From Phoronis australis (taxonomy: Eukaryota; Animalia; Phoronida), in contig NMRA01000214.1 in NCBI GenBank assembly GCA_002633005.1, forward strand, positions 23,336 through 87,335: 64,000 bases of DNA, written 5' to 3'. Made by a program: the position numbers and the translations under genes. A model generated the notes under the pieces. It saw only the letters and a list, made by a program, of their open reading frames with translations. It had not been told where the DNA came from and searched no databases. Shown here one piece after another: positions 54,701 to 63,609 of the stretch; position 1 is the stretch's first letter, and the number at the start of each line of letters is the position of its first letter.

Positions 54701-57700
54701 CGAGTAGTCTTACACGCCATAATTTGGTCACGTCACGTAGTCTATAGTTAAGTCTGAAAAGATCTCTGTACCGATCGGGGCTCAAACCTCATAATTTCTG
54801 CATACCATGCAGACGCTATAGGCCTCTGACTGAACATTAATAATTCTTACTAACAACATATCAACGCATGCCACCTTTAAGTTTCATACGAGTCCGATCA
54901 GCCATTTTTGTGATCTGATGTTCCGAAGTTTCCGAACTTAGACAGTTTCTAGATCACCATCACAAGTCAGCGCTACGAGCGCAAATGCCTGATTTAAGTC
55001 AGTTACATGTACCTGAGCACTAATCTCAAGTCAAGGCTTAAACTTAAGATCATTGAATGAACTATCGCGTTCACATGCTCACAACACTGCGCCATCCCTG
55101 TACTTAGCGATGTTTTATTCGATGCTCCCAGCTGAACTTGTAGCCTCGAGTCCGTGCTGTACGGTGGCCGGGAAAGGACATGCCAATCATGATTTCCCAT
55201 CTCGGGAGGCTGACTCAAGTCGAGCTCTCGATTGATAACTCGAGCGTTCGATTTAGGAAAAATAAAGTAGCATGTCCTTTCCCAGCCACCATACTGATGG
55301 ACTCGAGCAGGTTCACGTAACAATACATGTACTGTAGGAATACAGTGGATGTTCGCAACCAATCGACACTCTCGCGTGTAGCAGCAGTATGCCCAATGCG
55401 ATTTTTTATCCAGTTTTTAATGTGTCGAGTAGGATGGACATGTTCACTTCTTGAACACTGGCATTTCATAAATTTTTTGTATTGGTCTCCGCAAGTTTCA
55501 CTTGCTATATTCAGTATGTTCTATTGCATATGCATCATTATATCAACACTTTAATGTGCGAGGCTAGTATGGAAGGTGTCATAAACTGACTAAGTTAAAA
55601 TCCTTTCAAACCCTGTATCAAATCATATAAAAAACAAATCTCTCAATACTTACGCAGCACATTGAGTTTCACAAACCGCTGAGTCCACGTTGAGCCTGCA
55701 GGTGGAGAACGAATTGCGCTACACACAACTGTGAATTGATTCCACTTCGGGGTGACATCAATAATTGTCTTCAGTTGAAAACCTCCACTTACGTTCATAA
55801 CGCGGCCTACTGCACCGTGTGACCAGGTCATGTTAACGTAGGGGTTAACATCATCCGTTTCACAAGTCAAACTAAGTGACGTATTCGTGAGCACGTCGTA
55901 TGCAGACTTATTGATAGTTCTGTGTAGGGTTTTTATTGCCAATGTTTTTGGACCGTCTGTAAATTCAAGAAATTCGTGAATATCTAATAACATTTCATTA
56001 AGGCAACACTACATCAGACCCGCCTGTGTTGGATTAACCATTAAGTCAAATAAATTACACGTACAGCTTGGGGCCTCGCGGAAAATGGAACTTCCCGTCT
56101 CCATAATGCTCTGTGGCTGGGGCAATCCATTAAGCTAAAAAGCAGTTTCAAAGGGCACGGAATGGGCCCTTGTCTCATCTACGCATGGCCCCCTTAAAAG
56201 CTGTTTCGACAGGGAGGCAGTTCCAACTTTGAGATGGAAGATGTGAATTGTAATAACTGGGCCACAGATGTTTCATAATTTAAGGCCCCAAGAACCTTAA
56301 CTGATGAGGCACTGCGTCCCGTGATTGCTCAAGGGCAGTGGTTTAATAACCGAAGAAAACTGATACAGAAGTGTCATATAATCAACAATTTTGGTCCAGG
56401 TGTTACATTTGGGACCTGATTGCATGTTGAGTGCAATTTATGCTGCTGTAAATACATTAGTTTCAACTATTTTGGGAAAGTTTGATGATCGAACAGGCTA
56501 AACGGCGTCGAGTCGAAACTGACCTTCCTTTTCAACTTCCCATATCAGAGGGCACTGTTGAAGTAGTCCGGGAGAGGAATACGGAAAACTTTATCACATG
56601 GCCGTATTGCGTATGGGATAATATCCTATCGCGGTAAAAAAATAATATGAAGTTGAGTTTATGAGAGTAAAATGTGTAAGTCGGATTTGAATGTGAGCTA
56701 ATTAAACAGGATGGCGAAATATAGTTTCACGGGTCATGCTTCAAATAATATGTCTTGCAGCCCTAAATATCTCAGTCAAATAAGTGACAAAAATCGTCTT
56801 GGAAACAACAACAATTAGACCATGCTATGGGAATTTCTTATATGTAACTACTTTTTTGACGTTGTAAAATAGTTCAATAGAAATAGTGCAATGCTTGCTC
56901 GCCATTGATCATGGTATTACCAACACTCACATTCTACCTTCACCCAAATATCTTCAGTGATATTCAAACCCGTCATGACAGCAGCAGCTGAACAAGTGGC
57001 TTTAGTTAAATGCATGCTTCTGTCTGCCGTGAAGGTAATATTTCTCTGGTAAATAAGTGCTTCGTTGGTGCCTTCGGCTACCTCTACTCGCGACGAAAAA
57101 CCACTCACAGGCCAATTCCACCTGAGAGTAGCGTTAGGATACACACTGTCTGTTTTGCAATGCATGGTGTAGGTTACATTCTCTACAGCTATGAAAGAAC
57201 TGTTGGTGTCGAAACGGCCTTGATTTTCACTTACGTCAGAGATGTACAGTGCGTTGGGTCCATCTACAATTTGAAAGCAGAAGTCAATACTGATCACGCC
57301 CTGTCGAATTTTGCTTTGAATCACGCTGTCATCTAACGGCAGATGTAACAATCTCAAGCCACATGTAATTCACCCTTCGCGGAAAGCGAAACCTTATGGT
57401 GTGCATGTCCACTTGTGGACTGGACATGCACTGTAGGTGTTTGTTTATTGAAATCTGTTGCGCAAATGAAGGTAAGCCATAAAATAGTTTTCTGACGGCT
57501 TTTGAGGTCATGTCCGCGTAGGGTGCCTCCCCCAAAATCCGACTATGCAATGACAGACGGAAGTCGGCGTGCAAGTCTCACTGCACATGCCTTGGTTTGG
57601 CGTCTACCATAGCCAAATAATTCAGGCGATAGTCGAAGGAGCAGGTGTGCTGAAGCCTGGCTTGTACATGTACATGTATGGCAGCTTATGACAGGTAGAC

Positions 57701-60700
57701 TTAACTGTGAGGTAGCGGTTAATCACATGACGAATTGTTCAAACATCACGTCGATTTAGTGCCCCACTACGTCGACGAAGTATTCCATCAAGTTGATTTG
57801 GTTGGTTGTTGCTCCCTAGGAGTCATTGAAACGGCAACGGAGATTTCACCACGCTCCAGTAAGATGCACCACGATAGACTACCGGATATATTTAGGTAAA
57901 CAAGCTACAACTTGGGGACCCTAGCAAAACAAGTGCCCCTCTTTGTAGAAGCCGGGGCTCAAGCTAAATTTTCAAATGTAACACCTTACTCTTAAATCGG
58001 CATTTCCCCGCAGTTCATGTTACAGTTTTAACTGAAGTGCTTTGGGTTTTTAAAGACATAACCGCGCTCATCCAGTCTTGAACTGTTACCGAATGCGTAC
58101 ATGCTTCATTGACAAGTTTACAATTTTAGGACTGGTAAACTCCAATAAACTCCAAAGCATTTTCGTTAGTCACTGTTGATCCCGATGCTCTTGTTAGTAC
58201 AGAAATTGAAATCTTATCAGAATAAGAGATATCACGAGCTTAAGGTTATGAAACTTTTAATATACCTCGCTGTGTGCATTGTTCTCCAAGACGTTGTTAT
58301 GAAATGTCTTTAAAACGTCCCACTTTTGCATCGGGGTTCATTGAAAATAGAACTTTTGTGATTTTCAAGAAATTAAACACCCTTCAGCCACATCAAATTA
58401 AAACAGAATTATGTTTTAGGAATTGCAATATTGTTTTTGAGATCTCATCTTGAACATTATATATCAAACGAATTTTGGTCGTGTTATTGATACCGATGAT
58501 GTGTTAGCAATGTGCATTTTCTTTTTTTGCTAAATTTCACTACAAGGATACGGACGTGTGACTCAATTAAAAGCTGATTTGTAAAGCAATGGAAAACTCA
58601 AATTTTCAGATTCAGGAAATATATAATTTTACTCAGTTAAAATCTGTATTTTTGTATATCTTTGTCTAAATACGCAGACATTTCAATGTGCTTCCACATG
58701 ACCTAAAGTAGTCTAATTCATTTAGTTTATTGGCAGCTAAACACCGCGGAAATGACACTCGCGCTCAACAGGATGGCATTTGGGAACTGCGTCTTTATTC
58801 GTTTAGTCTCAGGCTGCCCTGCTTTAAAAAGTATGACCACCTGAAACCCCCTCGACCCCCTTGACCACTACAACCCTCGACCCCTTCGACCCACAACCCC
58901 CTCGATCCACGACCCCTGACCCACTTTCCCCTCGACCCACGACCTGTGGCAATAGAGGTGTCTGTGCGCTTTTTACATATCTCATATTAATCTTATTACG
59001 TCCCTGGGCGACTTTCCCATAAGACATACGTACACGCGAGTCTGCTCTGGCTGAAGTCTGGTGAAAACAGAAAATGGTCTTGAATAGCGCATTGTGAGTG
59101 CTCTACCGTTATCCCTATGTCGTGCAAGTCAACATAACGCGCAGCACAGTTCCACGAGCGGCTATCACCGGCACAGTTCTAATAAACGTAGGGAGAGAGA
59201 GTACGTTAACGTGATTGTACATAATTTCATATTTTTATTATTTGCTTTATATTTTATACTCGTTTACAATATACTCCATATAACTAGTAAACAAAAGCTC
59301 TTTTCGCCAGAGAAATGTGTTTTGAACAAAGCTGAAAATTTTACTCACAGAGGTGTTTGACATAGAGAAGCAAACTGATTCTGAATTCTTAGCTCAGCAA
59401 AGGTGGGACAAACTAACATGATCTCTGCAAGTAAAGACGTTTTGAGAGCAGAGAAAGTGTATTTCAACCTCTATGCATGGGACAGTACAAAATTCACACA
59501 AACTTAAAGCTCCTCAATACGAGTAAAAATACCAAAACGTCCAGTTTACGCTTTCAGCGGCAAGATTCCACATCTAAATTGAGAATATAGGGACTTTTTC
59601 CCTAGAAATTTAATTTTTTAATTGTAATTCTGTTTGATAGTTTGTTTCAAATAATTTACCTTGGGTTTACTCAAAAATTCAGCCCTCTATTCAACAACCA
59701 TTTGGCACCCCCTGAATTTTACCTGATTTGCACTCCTCCCTTGTACCCCTTTGCTGGCACCTGGGGGCAACCCCCCCCCCCTGAACCCCCAGGAGCATTC
59801 ATTAAAATTATGTAGTTCTTGGAGGTGTGAAGTGTTATAAGAAACGGTTATTTGCCTTATTAAGAACTCAGAACTCAAACATGAAACAAAACCATTATGG
59901 CTTTTGAAGGGGAGCTTCAAGAGAATGAAAGCAAATACACTAAAACAGTCATTTTCATTCTCTAATTTTACCCATTTTTAATCACTCAGTAATTTTATTG
60001 CACTTCGAACGTCATTAAGTATAAATTTATCAGTGTATACATGATTCAAACTCCGCCGCTAAATTAGTGTTGTCTATTCGCCGCTTGGGGCCCTAGTTTT
60101 TCGACTGATAACCATTGCGGCGAATGGCAAGATGGCGGAGTGAACACTCCTATCGTACTACACTCCTTGATAAGACCGGCGTTTTCGTGACAGCTAACAG
60201 CCAGAAGTACGACTTCACTTTTTGTTGTGCCTGGCGATGGGCCATGTTTATTTGGGCGTGACTGCTTAACTCCTTTGCTTGGGCCTGATTGGTGTGACTG
60301 TCTCCTGATTGATCGTAAAGCGGTTAACAAGATATTCGCGAAAGCTAGTGACTTAGACAAAATGTTAAATACGTTTGCTCACTTATTTTCGGATGAATTT
60401 GGTCTCATAAAAGGCGTAGAACCACGTTTGCACATACCATCTGATGTGAAACCACGGGTTTTTAAATCTCGCTCAGTGATATTTGCTCTCTGCGAGAAAG
60501 TAGACGAGGAACTTGACCGTAAGGACCGTTAGGAATTTTTAGCCCTGTGGAATCTTCGAGATGGGCTATAGTCATTGCTTCAGTGGAAAAGGCTAACAGG
60601 AAAATTACTATTTGCGGAGAATATCGATTGATTGTGAACCAAGTTGCACTTCTTGATAGATACCCATCACCGAAAATTGTCGAGCTGCTGACTAAGTTAG

Positions 60701-62350
60701 CGCATGGTAGTCAGTTTCGAAACTACTTACACTCAACGTGACCTGTGTTACCAGGAGCGACTAGCGTGGGGAATCGCGTTAGCCCTGCGAGTTGGTAACG
60801 CGCCATAGACAAGGGTTACCCGGATTCATAGTGTACTTAGATGGCATGGCCGTTACAAGTAAATACGGGATCAGCACTTTGCAAGTCTGAAAACTGTTTT
60901 GCAAAAGCTGTCAGATGCAGGGATCAGATTGAATCATTCAAAGTGTAATTTTTTACTGGACGAGATCGGGTATTTACACCATCGTATTGACTATTGACGC
61001 ACAAGGTCTCCATCCTAAGATTGGGGCCATTAAAAATGCCCCAGTGTCGAAAGATGTGTCTGAACTGAGAGTTTACATCGGAATGGGAAATTACTAGGGG
61101 ATATACATCCAGAATGCGTCAACACAGTTTGCACCTTTGTACAAGTTACTACAAAAAAAACAACTCTTGGCGTTGGACGACCGGCCAAGTACACGCATTT
61201 CATGCATCAAGGGATTTCCTATGTTTTGACGCTGTGCTCGCTCATTATGATACGGAGAAACCGATAGTTTTCACTTGTGATACCTCTGCGTATGGTGTCG
61301 GTGCTGCTATTGCTCATACCCATCCGGATAAGCACCGATGGCTTTTAACTCAGAAACTCTGAGCCGTGCGGAAAAGAAATATAGTCAATTAGACAAGAGA
61401 GGGGCTTCAATTATTTTCGAGCTAAAGCACTTTCATCAGTATTTGTAAGAGGAGAAACTTCGTTTTCGAGACTGACCATCAGTCTTTGCTGAATATTTTG
61501 GAACGAAAAAGGGATTTTGCAACTGACATTTGATCGCTTAACGCGTTTGTCGTTAATACTATCAGCATATTGTTACGTTTGGTATAAACCGGGATCTCAA
61601 CTCGAAAATGCTGACGCGCTGAGCCGATTACCAGTCAACCCTGCTCCGACAGATGTCGCTGTACCCGGACGAACGAATTAGCTCAAGAAACAGTTGTCTT
61701 AGACATGAGCAAACGTGGCAGAGATGAAACGTTTGACTGCACGAGACCCTGTTCTTTCGTAAGTCGTGCACTTTGAGAAACATGATTAGCAGTTGGACAG
61801 TGGTGACCATTTTACAATCGTACAGTGTAAGCTCGAGCTGAGTTTGGAGGATAGTTGTTTGCTTTGGGGGTGTTCTTTAGTAATCCCCACTGCATTGCGT
61901 ACTATCATTCTCAGTGAACTTCATGAAGCCCACCCAGAAATGTTGAGAAAGAAGGCATTGGCTAGGTGCTACGTGTAGTACCCTCATAGATTGTGCAATA
62001 CGTCCGTGGTTCACTTAGTTGAATCACTATTTGGGACTGTCTCAAACAACGGTGCAAAGTACAATAGTAGGATTACTTACGTATGACAGCCAGCGTGATT
62101 TTGATAGCGTTCACTGGACAACATGTAGTGCAGTTCACATTCTTGCCGTGGTCTTGTGCGGTCGGTGAGAACTTTATGTTAGTGTAGTTGTTACCTTGAG
62201 TCTCCCTAGAGTCCACTAAGTTGTGTGAAATCCATGCTGATGGAACAGCTATTGCCTTACAGGTGATGCTGTAATTCTGACCAGACCACGTTACGTAGTT
62301 GGTAGTGTTTATTCTCAAACCGCTGTCTCCTTCTTCCCACCACATCCTAT
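2644..62350 (-). CDS. 5'-incomplete multi-exon gene: single-pass Ig-superfamily receptor/adhesion protein (>=23 Ig-like domains, TSP1, TM, cytoplasmic helical region plus dynein MTBD-like domain)
   Basis: 25 collinear minus-strand exons with AG/GT boundaries. All internal exons are phase 1-1 with lengths divisible by 3. Consecutive junction codons are all sense and often give V-x-Y/F-G-P Ig linkers. No signal-peptide exon was seen in the window. Confidence 0.85.
4415..4603 (-). CDS. Thrombospondin type-1 repeat exon
   Basis: [34 protein letters not shown]...CPG...C...C has the WxxWxxW, CxxxC and RxRxC TSP1 signature. tag| acceptor, |gtaaga donor, 189 nt. Confidence 0.93.
5052..5375 (-). CDS. 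Ig-like domain exon K (membrane-proximal)
   Basis: GPLDLKI...TIRCVA...FTCSVNN...ELKVV. tag| acceptor, |gtgagg donor, 324 nt. Confidence 0.85.
6855..7202 (-). CDS. Ig-like domain exon J
   Basis: GP...LVVMCRS...HHAGTVECVARN...LDIT. cag| acceptor, |gtgaat donor, 348 nt. Confidence 0.85.
8058..8490. mobile_element. MITE with ~35-bp imperfect TIRs and possible CAG target-site duplication (Harbinger-like by inference)
   Basis: Left ccggttgtatgaaacagttccaaatagggactcaa versus right reverse complement ccggtagcctgaaacagtcccaaatagggattcaa. A similar right end occurs near 62010-62055. Confidence 0.7.
10984..11116 (+). pseudogene. Decayed SAP-like domain fragment of a transposon-associated gene
   Basis: Reads LTEVDEAGAVT*KPFEACTVAELKRWLL*RNATTKVVKIDLVAR then AAG|GTAAAT. 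TVAELKxWL..R......K.DLV.R is SAP-like, with two stops. Confidence 0.5.
11819..12151 (-). CDS. Ig-like domain exon H (alternative in-frame acceptor at 12157)
   Basis: ...VILYCSTD...DYDKSTVWCFATN...LNIKVF. |gtaagt donor. Two tandem CAG acceptors 6 nt apart. Confidence 0.85.
12698..20905. mobile_element. Probable large decayed DNA-transposon-like insertion with convergent degenerate coding remnants and nested repeats
   Basis: Frameshifted, stop-ridden protein-like fragments on + (13.7-14.9 kb) and - (16.6-20.2 kb, including CEECDR). Weak terminal similarity (g/c)gccaataa. Boundaries uncertain. Confidence 0.3.
21293..23232. mobile_element. Internally deleted ISL2EU-like DNA transposon (THAP remnant on +, SWIM-like remnant on -)
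   Basis: TIR agacc(ct/ca)attcacgc at both ends, flanked by AT. 21353-21500 reads CCTPRCSN...FTIPKDVGIRKRWVLAIRR (THAP, one stop). Minus strand near 22800-22850 reads ICDSGGSKHVAV (decayed SWIM-like). Confidence 0.7.
23746..24081 (-). CDS. Ig-like domain exon G
   Basis: GPTRVTI...VDLKCVTD...QHGVRIRCKASN...VVMDVL. tag| acceptor, |gtaaaa donor, 336 nt. Confidence 0.88.
24612..24938 (-). CDS. Ig-like domain exon F
   Basis: GPNSL...IQCITDDVSP...DYDGSSITCVAQN...LVVL. cag| acceptor, |gtaaaa donor, 327 nt. Confidence 0.88.
26144..26802 (+). mobile_element. Candidate solo LTR
   Basis: Begins TGTCA, ends TGACA, with AATAAA ~55 nt before the end. No clean TSD. Confidence 0.4.
27974..28288 (-). CDS. 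Ig-like domain exon E (CD80-like C2-type)
   Basis: GPDKTTL...VQMSCSTDHVYPNASIFW...RTDNGKLVRCHAQN...INVA. cag| acceptor, |gtacgt donor, 315 nt. Confidence 0.9.
29413..29754 (-). CDS. Ig-like domain exon D
   Basis: GPKGVTF...IDCQTTEVHPSANVTW...LVCIATN...IIVK. cag| acceptor, |gtaagt donor, 342 nt. Confidence 0.9.
30238..30558 (-). CDS. Ig-like domain exon C
   Basis: GPTKVDI...TLQCTTDEVFPNASLQW...DHQDLGIRCQATN...IQVTSF. aag| acceptor, |gtgcgt donor, 321 nt. Confidence 0.85.
30944..31279 (-). CDS. Ig array type-A exon (A9 in transcript order)
   Basis: GPTAVYISDLSEQ...IQCRTDNVYPNATLRW...LKCSA...VNVA. cag|, |gtgagt, 336 nt, no stops. Confidence 0.9.
31744..32333 (-). pseudogene. Dead type-B Ig exon split by a ~290-bp insertion (~31966-32254)
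   Basis: Clear B-exon homology, but donor GT is changed to CT, there is an in-frame TAG, a 4-nt insertion follows the acceptor, and an internal insertion is bounded by tgac. Confidence 0.85.
34077..34412 (-). CDS. Ig array type-A exon (A8)
   Basis: GPTALYISDLKDQ...CTTDSVYPNATLTW...AKCSA...VNVA. cag|, |gtgagt, 336 nt. Confidence 0.9.
34897..35199 (-). CDS. Ig array type-B exon (intact)
   Basis: GPKTLTIKT...LTCETDSVNPYVNMTWSHG...VVCRAIRSPP...KLNVL. cag|, |gtaagt, 303 nt. Confidence 0.9.
35874..36209 (-). CDS. Ig array type-A exon (A7)
   Basis: Type-A sequence, cag|, |gtaagt, 336 nt, open frame. Confidence 0.9.
36735..37037 (-). CDS. Ig array type-B exon (intact)
   Basis: Type-B sequence, cag|, |gtaagt, 303 nt, open frame. 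Confidence 0.9.
37752..38087 (-). CDS. Ig array type-A exon (A6)
   Basis: Type-A sequence, cag|, |gtgagt, 336 nt, open frame. Confidence 0.9.
38916..39218 (-). CDS. Ig array type-B exon (intact)
   Basis: Type-B sequence, cag|, |gtaagt, 303 nt, open frame. Confidence 0.9.
39727..40152. mobile_element. Candidate solo LTR inserted just downstream of an A-exon donor
   Basis: TGTTA...TAACA ends. The segment is absent from the paralogous introns (e.g. near 50550-50580). TSD imperfect. Confidence 0.5.
40199..40534 (-). CDS. Ig array type-A exon (A5)
   Basis: Type-A sequence, cag|, |gtgagt, 336 nt, open frame. Confidence 0.9.
42683..44152. mobile_element. Nested non-autonomous DNA element with TTAA target-site duplication (Kolobok-like)
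   Basis: ttaa|agtccttgt ... acaaggact|ttaa. Removing it rejoins the BEL frame as ESSINLVFPEK. Confidence 0.75.
43059..43839. other. Assembly gap (run of N)
   Basis: Continuous N stretch. Confidence 1.
46453..46755 (-). CDS. Ig array type-B exon (intact)
   Basis: Type-B sequence, cag|, |gtaagt, 303 nt, open frame. Confidence 0.9.
47658..47993 (-). CDS. Ig array type-A exon (A4)
   Basis: Type-A sequence, cag|, |gtgagt, 336 nt, open frame. Confidence 0.9.
48322..48606 (-). pseudogene. Dead type-B Ig exon
   Basis: B homology with CAA changed to TAA (WN*), several indels, and both acceptor AG and donor GT lost. Confidence 0.85.
48726..50004. mobile_element. Non-autonomous TIR element inserted in the array intron
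   Basis: Left actgaccccggagtctaatcttcgtactcgaaa versus right reverse complement actgggtccgggttctaatctttttactggaaa. The flanks rejoin to match paralogous intron sequence near 51721-51765. Confidence 0.6.
50615..50950 (-). CDS. Ig array type-A exon (A3)
   Basis: Type-A sequence, cag|, |gtgagt, 336 nt, open frame. Confidence 0.9.
51178..51295. repeat. Local tandem duplication of ~53 bp
   Basis: gggcctcgctatccgcaaaactgtcaagaactggca(a/c)atgcattgtcgtgctggt occurs twice in a row. Confidence 0.9.
51544..51618 (-). pseudogene. Type-B Ig exon remnant with most of its interior deleted
   Basis: cattgagtttcataaaacgctgaatcc (3' end of B) is joined directly to gtgataacccc...tggaccg (5' end of B). Splice sites are lost. 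Confidence 0.8.
52366..52701 (-). CDS. Ig array type-A exon (A2)
   Basis: Type-A sequence, cag|, |gtgagt, 336 nt. Protein identical to the 50615-50950 exon. Confidence 0.9.
53231..53535 (-). pseudogene. Dead type-B Ig exon
   Basis: A 5-nt insertion after GPRTL gives TGA. A 2-nt deletion removes the second Cys frame. The donor is lost and the acceptor is GAG. Confidence 0.85.
55144..55308. mobile_element. Small MITE/hairpin with ~40-bp inverted repeats
   Basis: ctcgagtccgtgctgtacggtggccgggaaaggacatgc versus reverse complement ctcgagtccatcagtatggtggctgggaaaggacatgc. Confidence 0.7.
55654..55956 (-). CDS. Ig array type-B exon (intact, most divergent B)
   Basis: GPKTLAIKT...LTCETDDVNPYVNMTWSHG...VVCSAIRSPP...KLNVL. 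cag|, |gtaagt, 303 nt. Confidence 0.9.
56931..57263 (-). CDS. Ig array type-A exon (A1, most divergent A)
   Basis: GPNALYISDVSE...MHCKTDSVYPNATLRW...ATCSA...VKVE. tag|, |gtgagt, 333 nt. Confidence 0.9.
58846..58945. repeat. C-rich degenerate short tandem repeat (ccctcgaccc-like)
   Basis: Directly visible. Confidence 0.7.
60200..61995 (+). mobile_element. Decayed Ty3/Gypsy pol (protease tail, RT, RNase H, integrase zinc region), antisense to the host gene
   Basis: GPCLFGRD; ICGEYRLIVNQ...DRYPSP; decayed YLD(G); LAHYD...CDTSAYGVGA; AEKKYSQLDK; ELHEAHP. Many stops and frameshifts. Confidence 0.92.
62081..62350 (-). CDS. Ig-like domain exon X (most 5' exon visible)
   Basis: GQNYSITCKAIAVPSAWIS...FSPTAQDHGKNVNC...ITLAVI. 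cag|, |gtaagt, 270 nt, phase 1-1. Confidence 0.8.
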
Positions 62351-63609
62351 CTGTGAAAGGAGGAATAAATGTCGTTAAGATCGTACATGAATTCATGTAG
62401 GAACGAAAACGAGGCCGATTTCATGACGGCAAGTGACCTAGGTCACAAGTTTTCTTTGCACTCGACACGTGTTTATTGCATCATTAACACGTCTCCAAGC
62501 CCTTCTCGTCTCGTACTGGTCGGTCCATCGTAGCACACTGGTCGGTCGGAATGACATTTCCACTTTGCGTAATAAAACGTTTCCCTATGACTATCAACTT
62601 AGTTTTCTTGGACCTTTCCAAAGTCTCTTACCCTAGCTGTAGCAGGCCGTGCAGTTGAACGTGTAGCCACAACGTTGATAGTCCCTAGCCGAGAAGGTCG
62701 AGTGTATCACTAGTATGACCATACCGCCATTGCAGAAGTGAAAATTTTAAGAAAGAGTCGTTTAACCATGAAGGAGTTTTAAACACAAATTTTTTGGTTA
62801 TATAATATTCATACATGTTTCATTATATGCGAAATATTTCAATATCATTGTACACTGCAGACATTTGTTTTTCGGGTGCCAAAAATGGCTGAAAAAATGC
62901 GTTACTTAACTGAAACTGATTTTTAGTGCCACATAGCTTCAACCTTGACCACCAAAATTATATTTTTATTACTTTTTAGAGTTAACTAAAAGTAACAAGG
63001 AATGTACTTATTGACAGTTAAAGAGCTTTAATTTCTTTTATTTAATATTCTGGAGCCAATCAAAAGTCGAATTCGGGATTCGCGATTACAGTTTTTTGGC
63101 ATTTGGGACCTCCTCAGTTCAGGTATGACATTAGTCCGGTGAACGCTGGTGATAGCTTCTGACAGCCTGGTATCCATTTAATCTATACAAGCATTTTCAG
63201 AACAATCCAATGCTTGATTTTGAAGTGACAGGCCTCCAAAATCTGAAAAAATCACAGTTTCAATTCGCGAGGTCAAAAATGGGCGTATTTTGAAGGGCCA
63301 TATCTCGGAGACTTAGGTGAATAAAATTTTGCAAGTAATCATTGTGTACCATGATAAACATCTCAGTAAATTTTCGTCCAATTCTGAGATAGTGACCTGA
63401 CATCCTCTGGGTAATTTCATGTGGAATGACCCAGTAATAAGAAGATACATGATGTATTCCCAAGAAACAATAGAATGACACGACTACCTCTGTCGGTGCC
63501 AGTGGAAAGTGTTCGCGTATCTGTCAAAACAAAACTAAAATGCATCACTCCTACAAACGATCGTCTCAATAACGAATAAGAAAATAGCATTACTTGGGAT
63601 AGCCAACAT

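Noticed and set aside
30944-57263. Cluster of separate small single-Ig genes or V(D)J-like segments
   Set aside because: Each unit has acceptor and donor sites but no start, signal peptide or stop of its own. No recombination-signal heptamer/nonamer pattern was seen flanking them.
30873-57357. CECW/CEYW/CKY endings of the Ig ORFs as a Cys motif
   Set aside because: They are read-through of T|GTGAGT or T|GTAAGT donor sites.
2644-62350. Assigning a symbol such as hemicentin, nephrin, Dscam or UNC5
   Set aside because: The domain order and cytoplasmic tail fit none of them.
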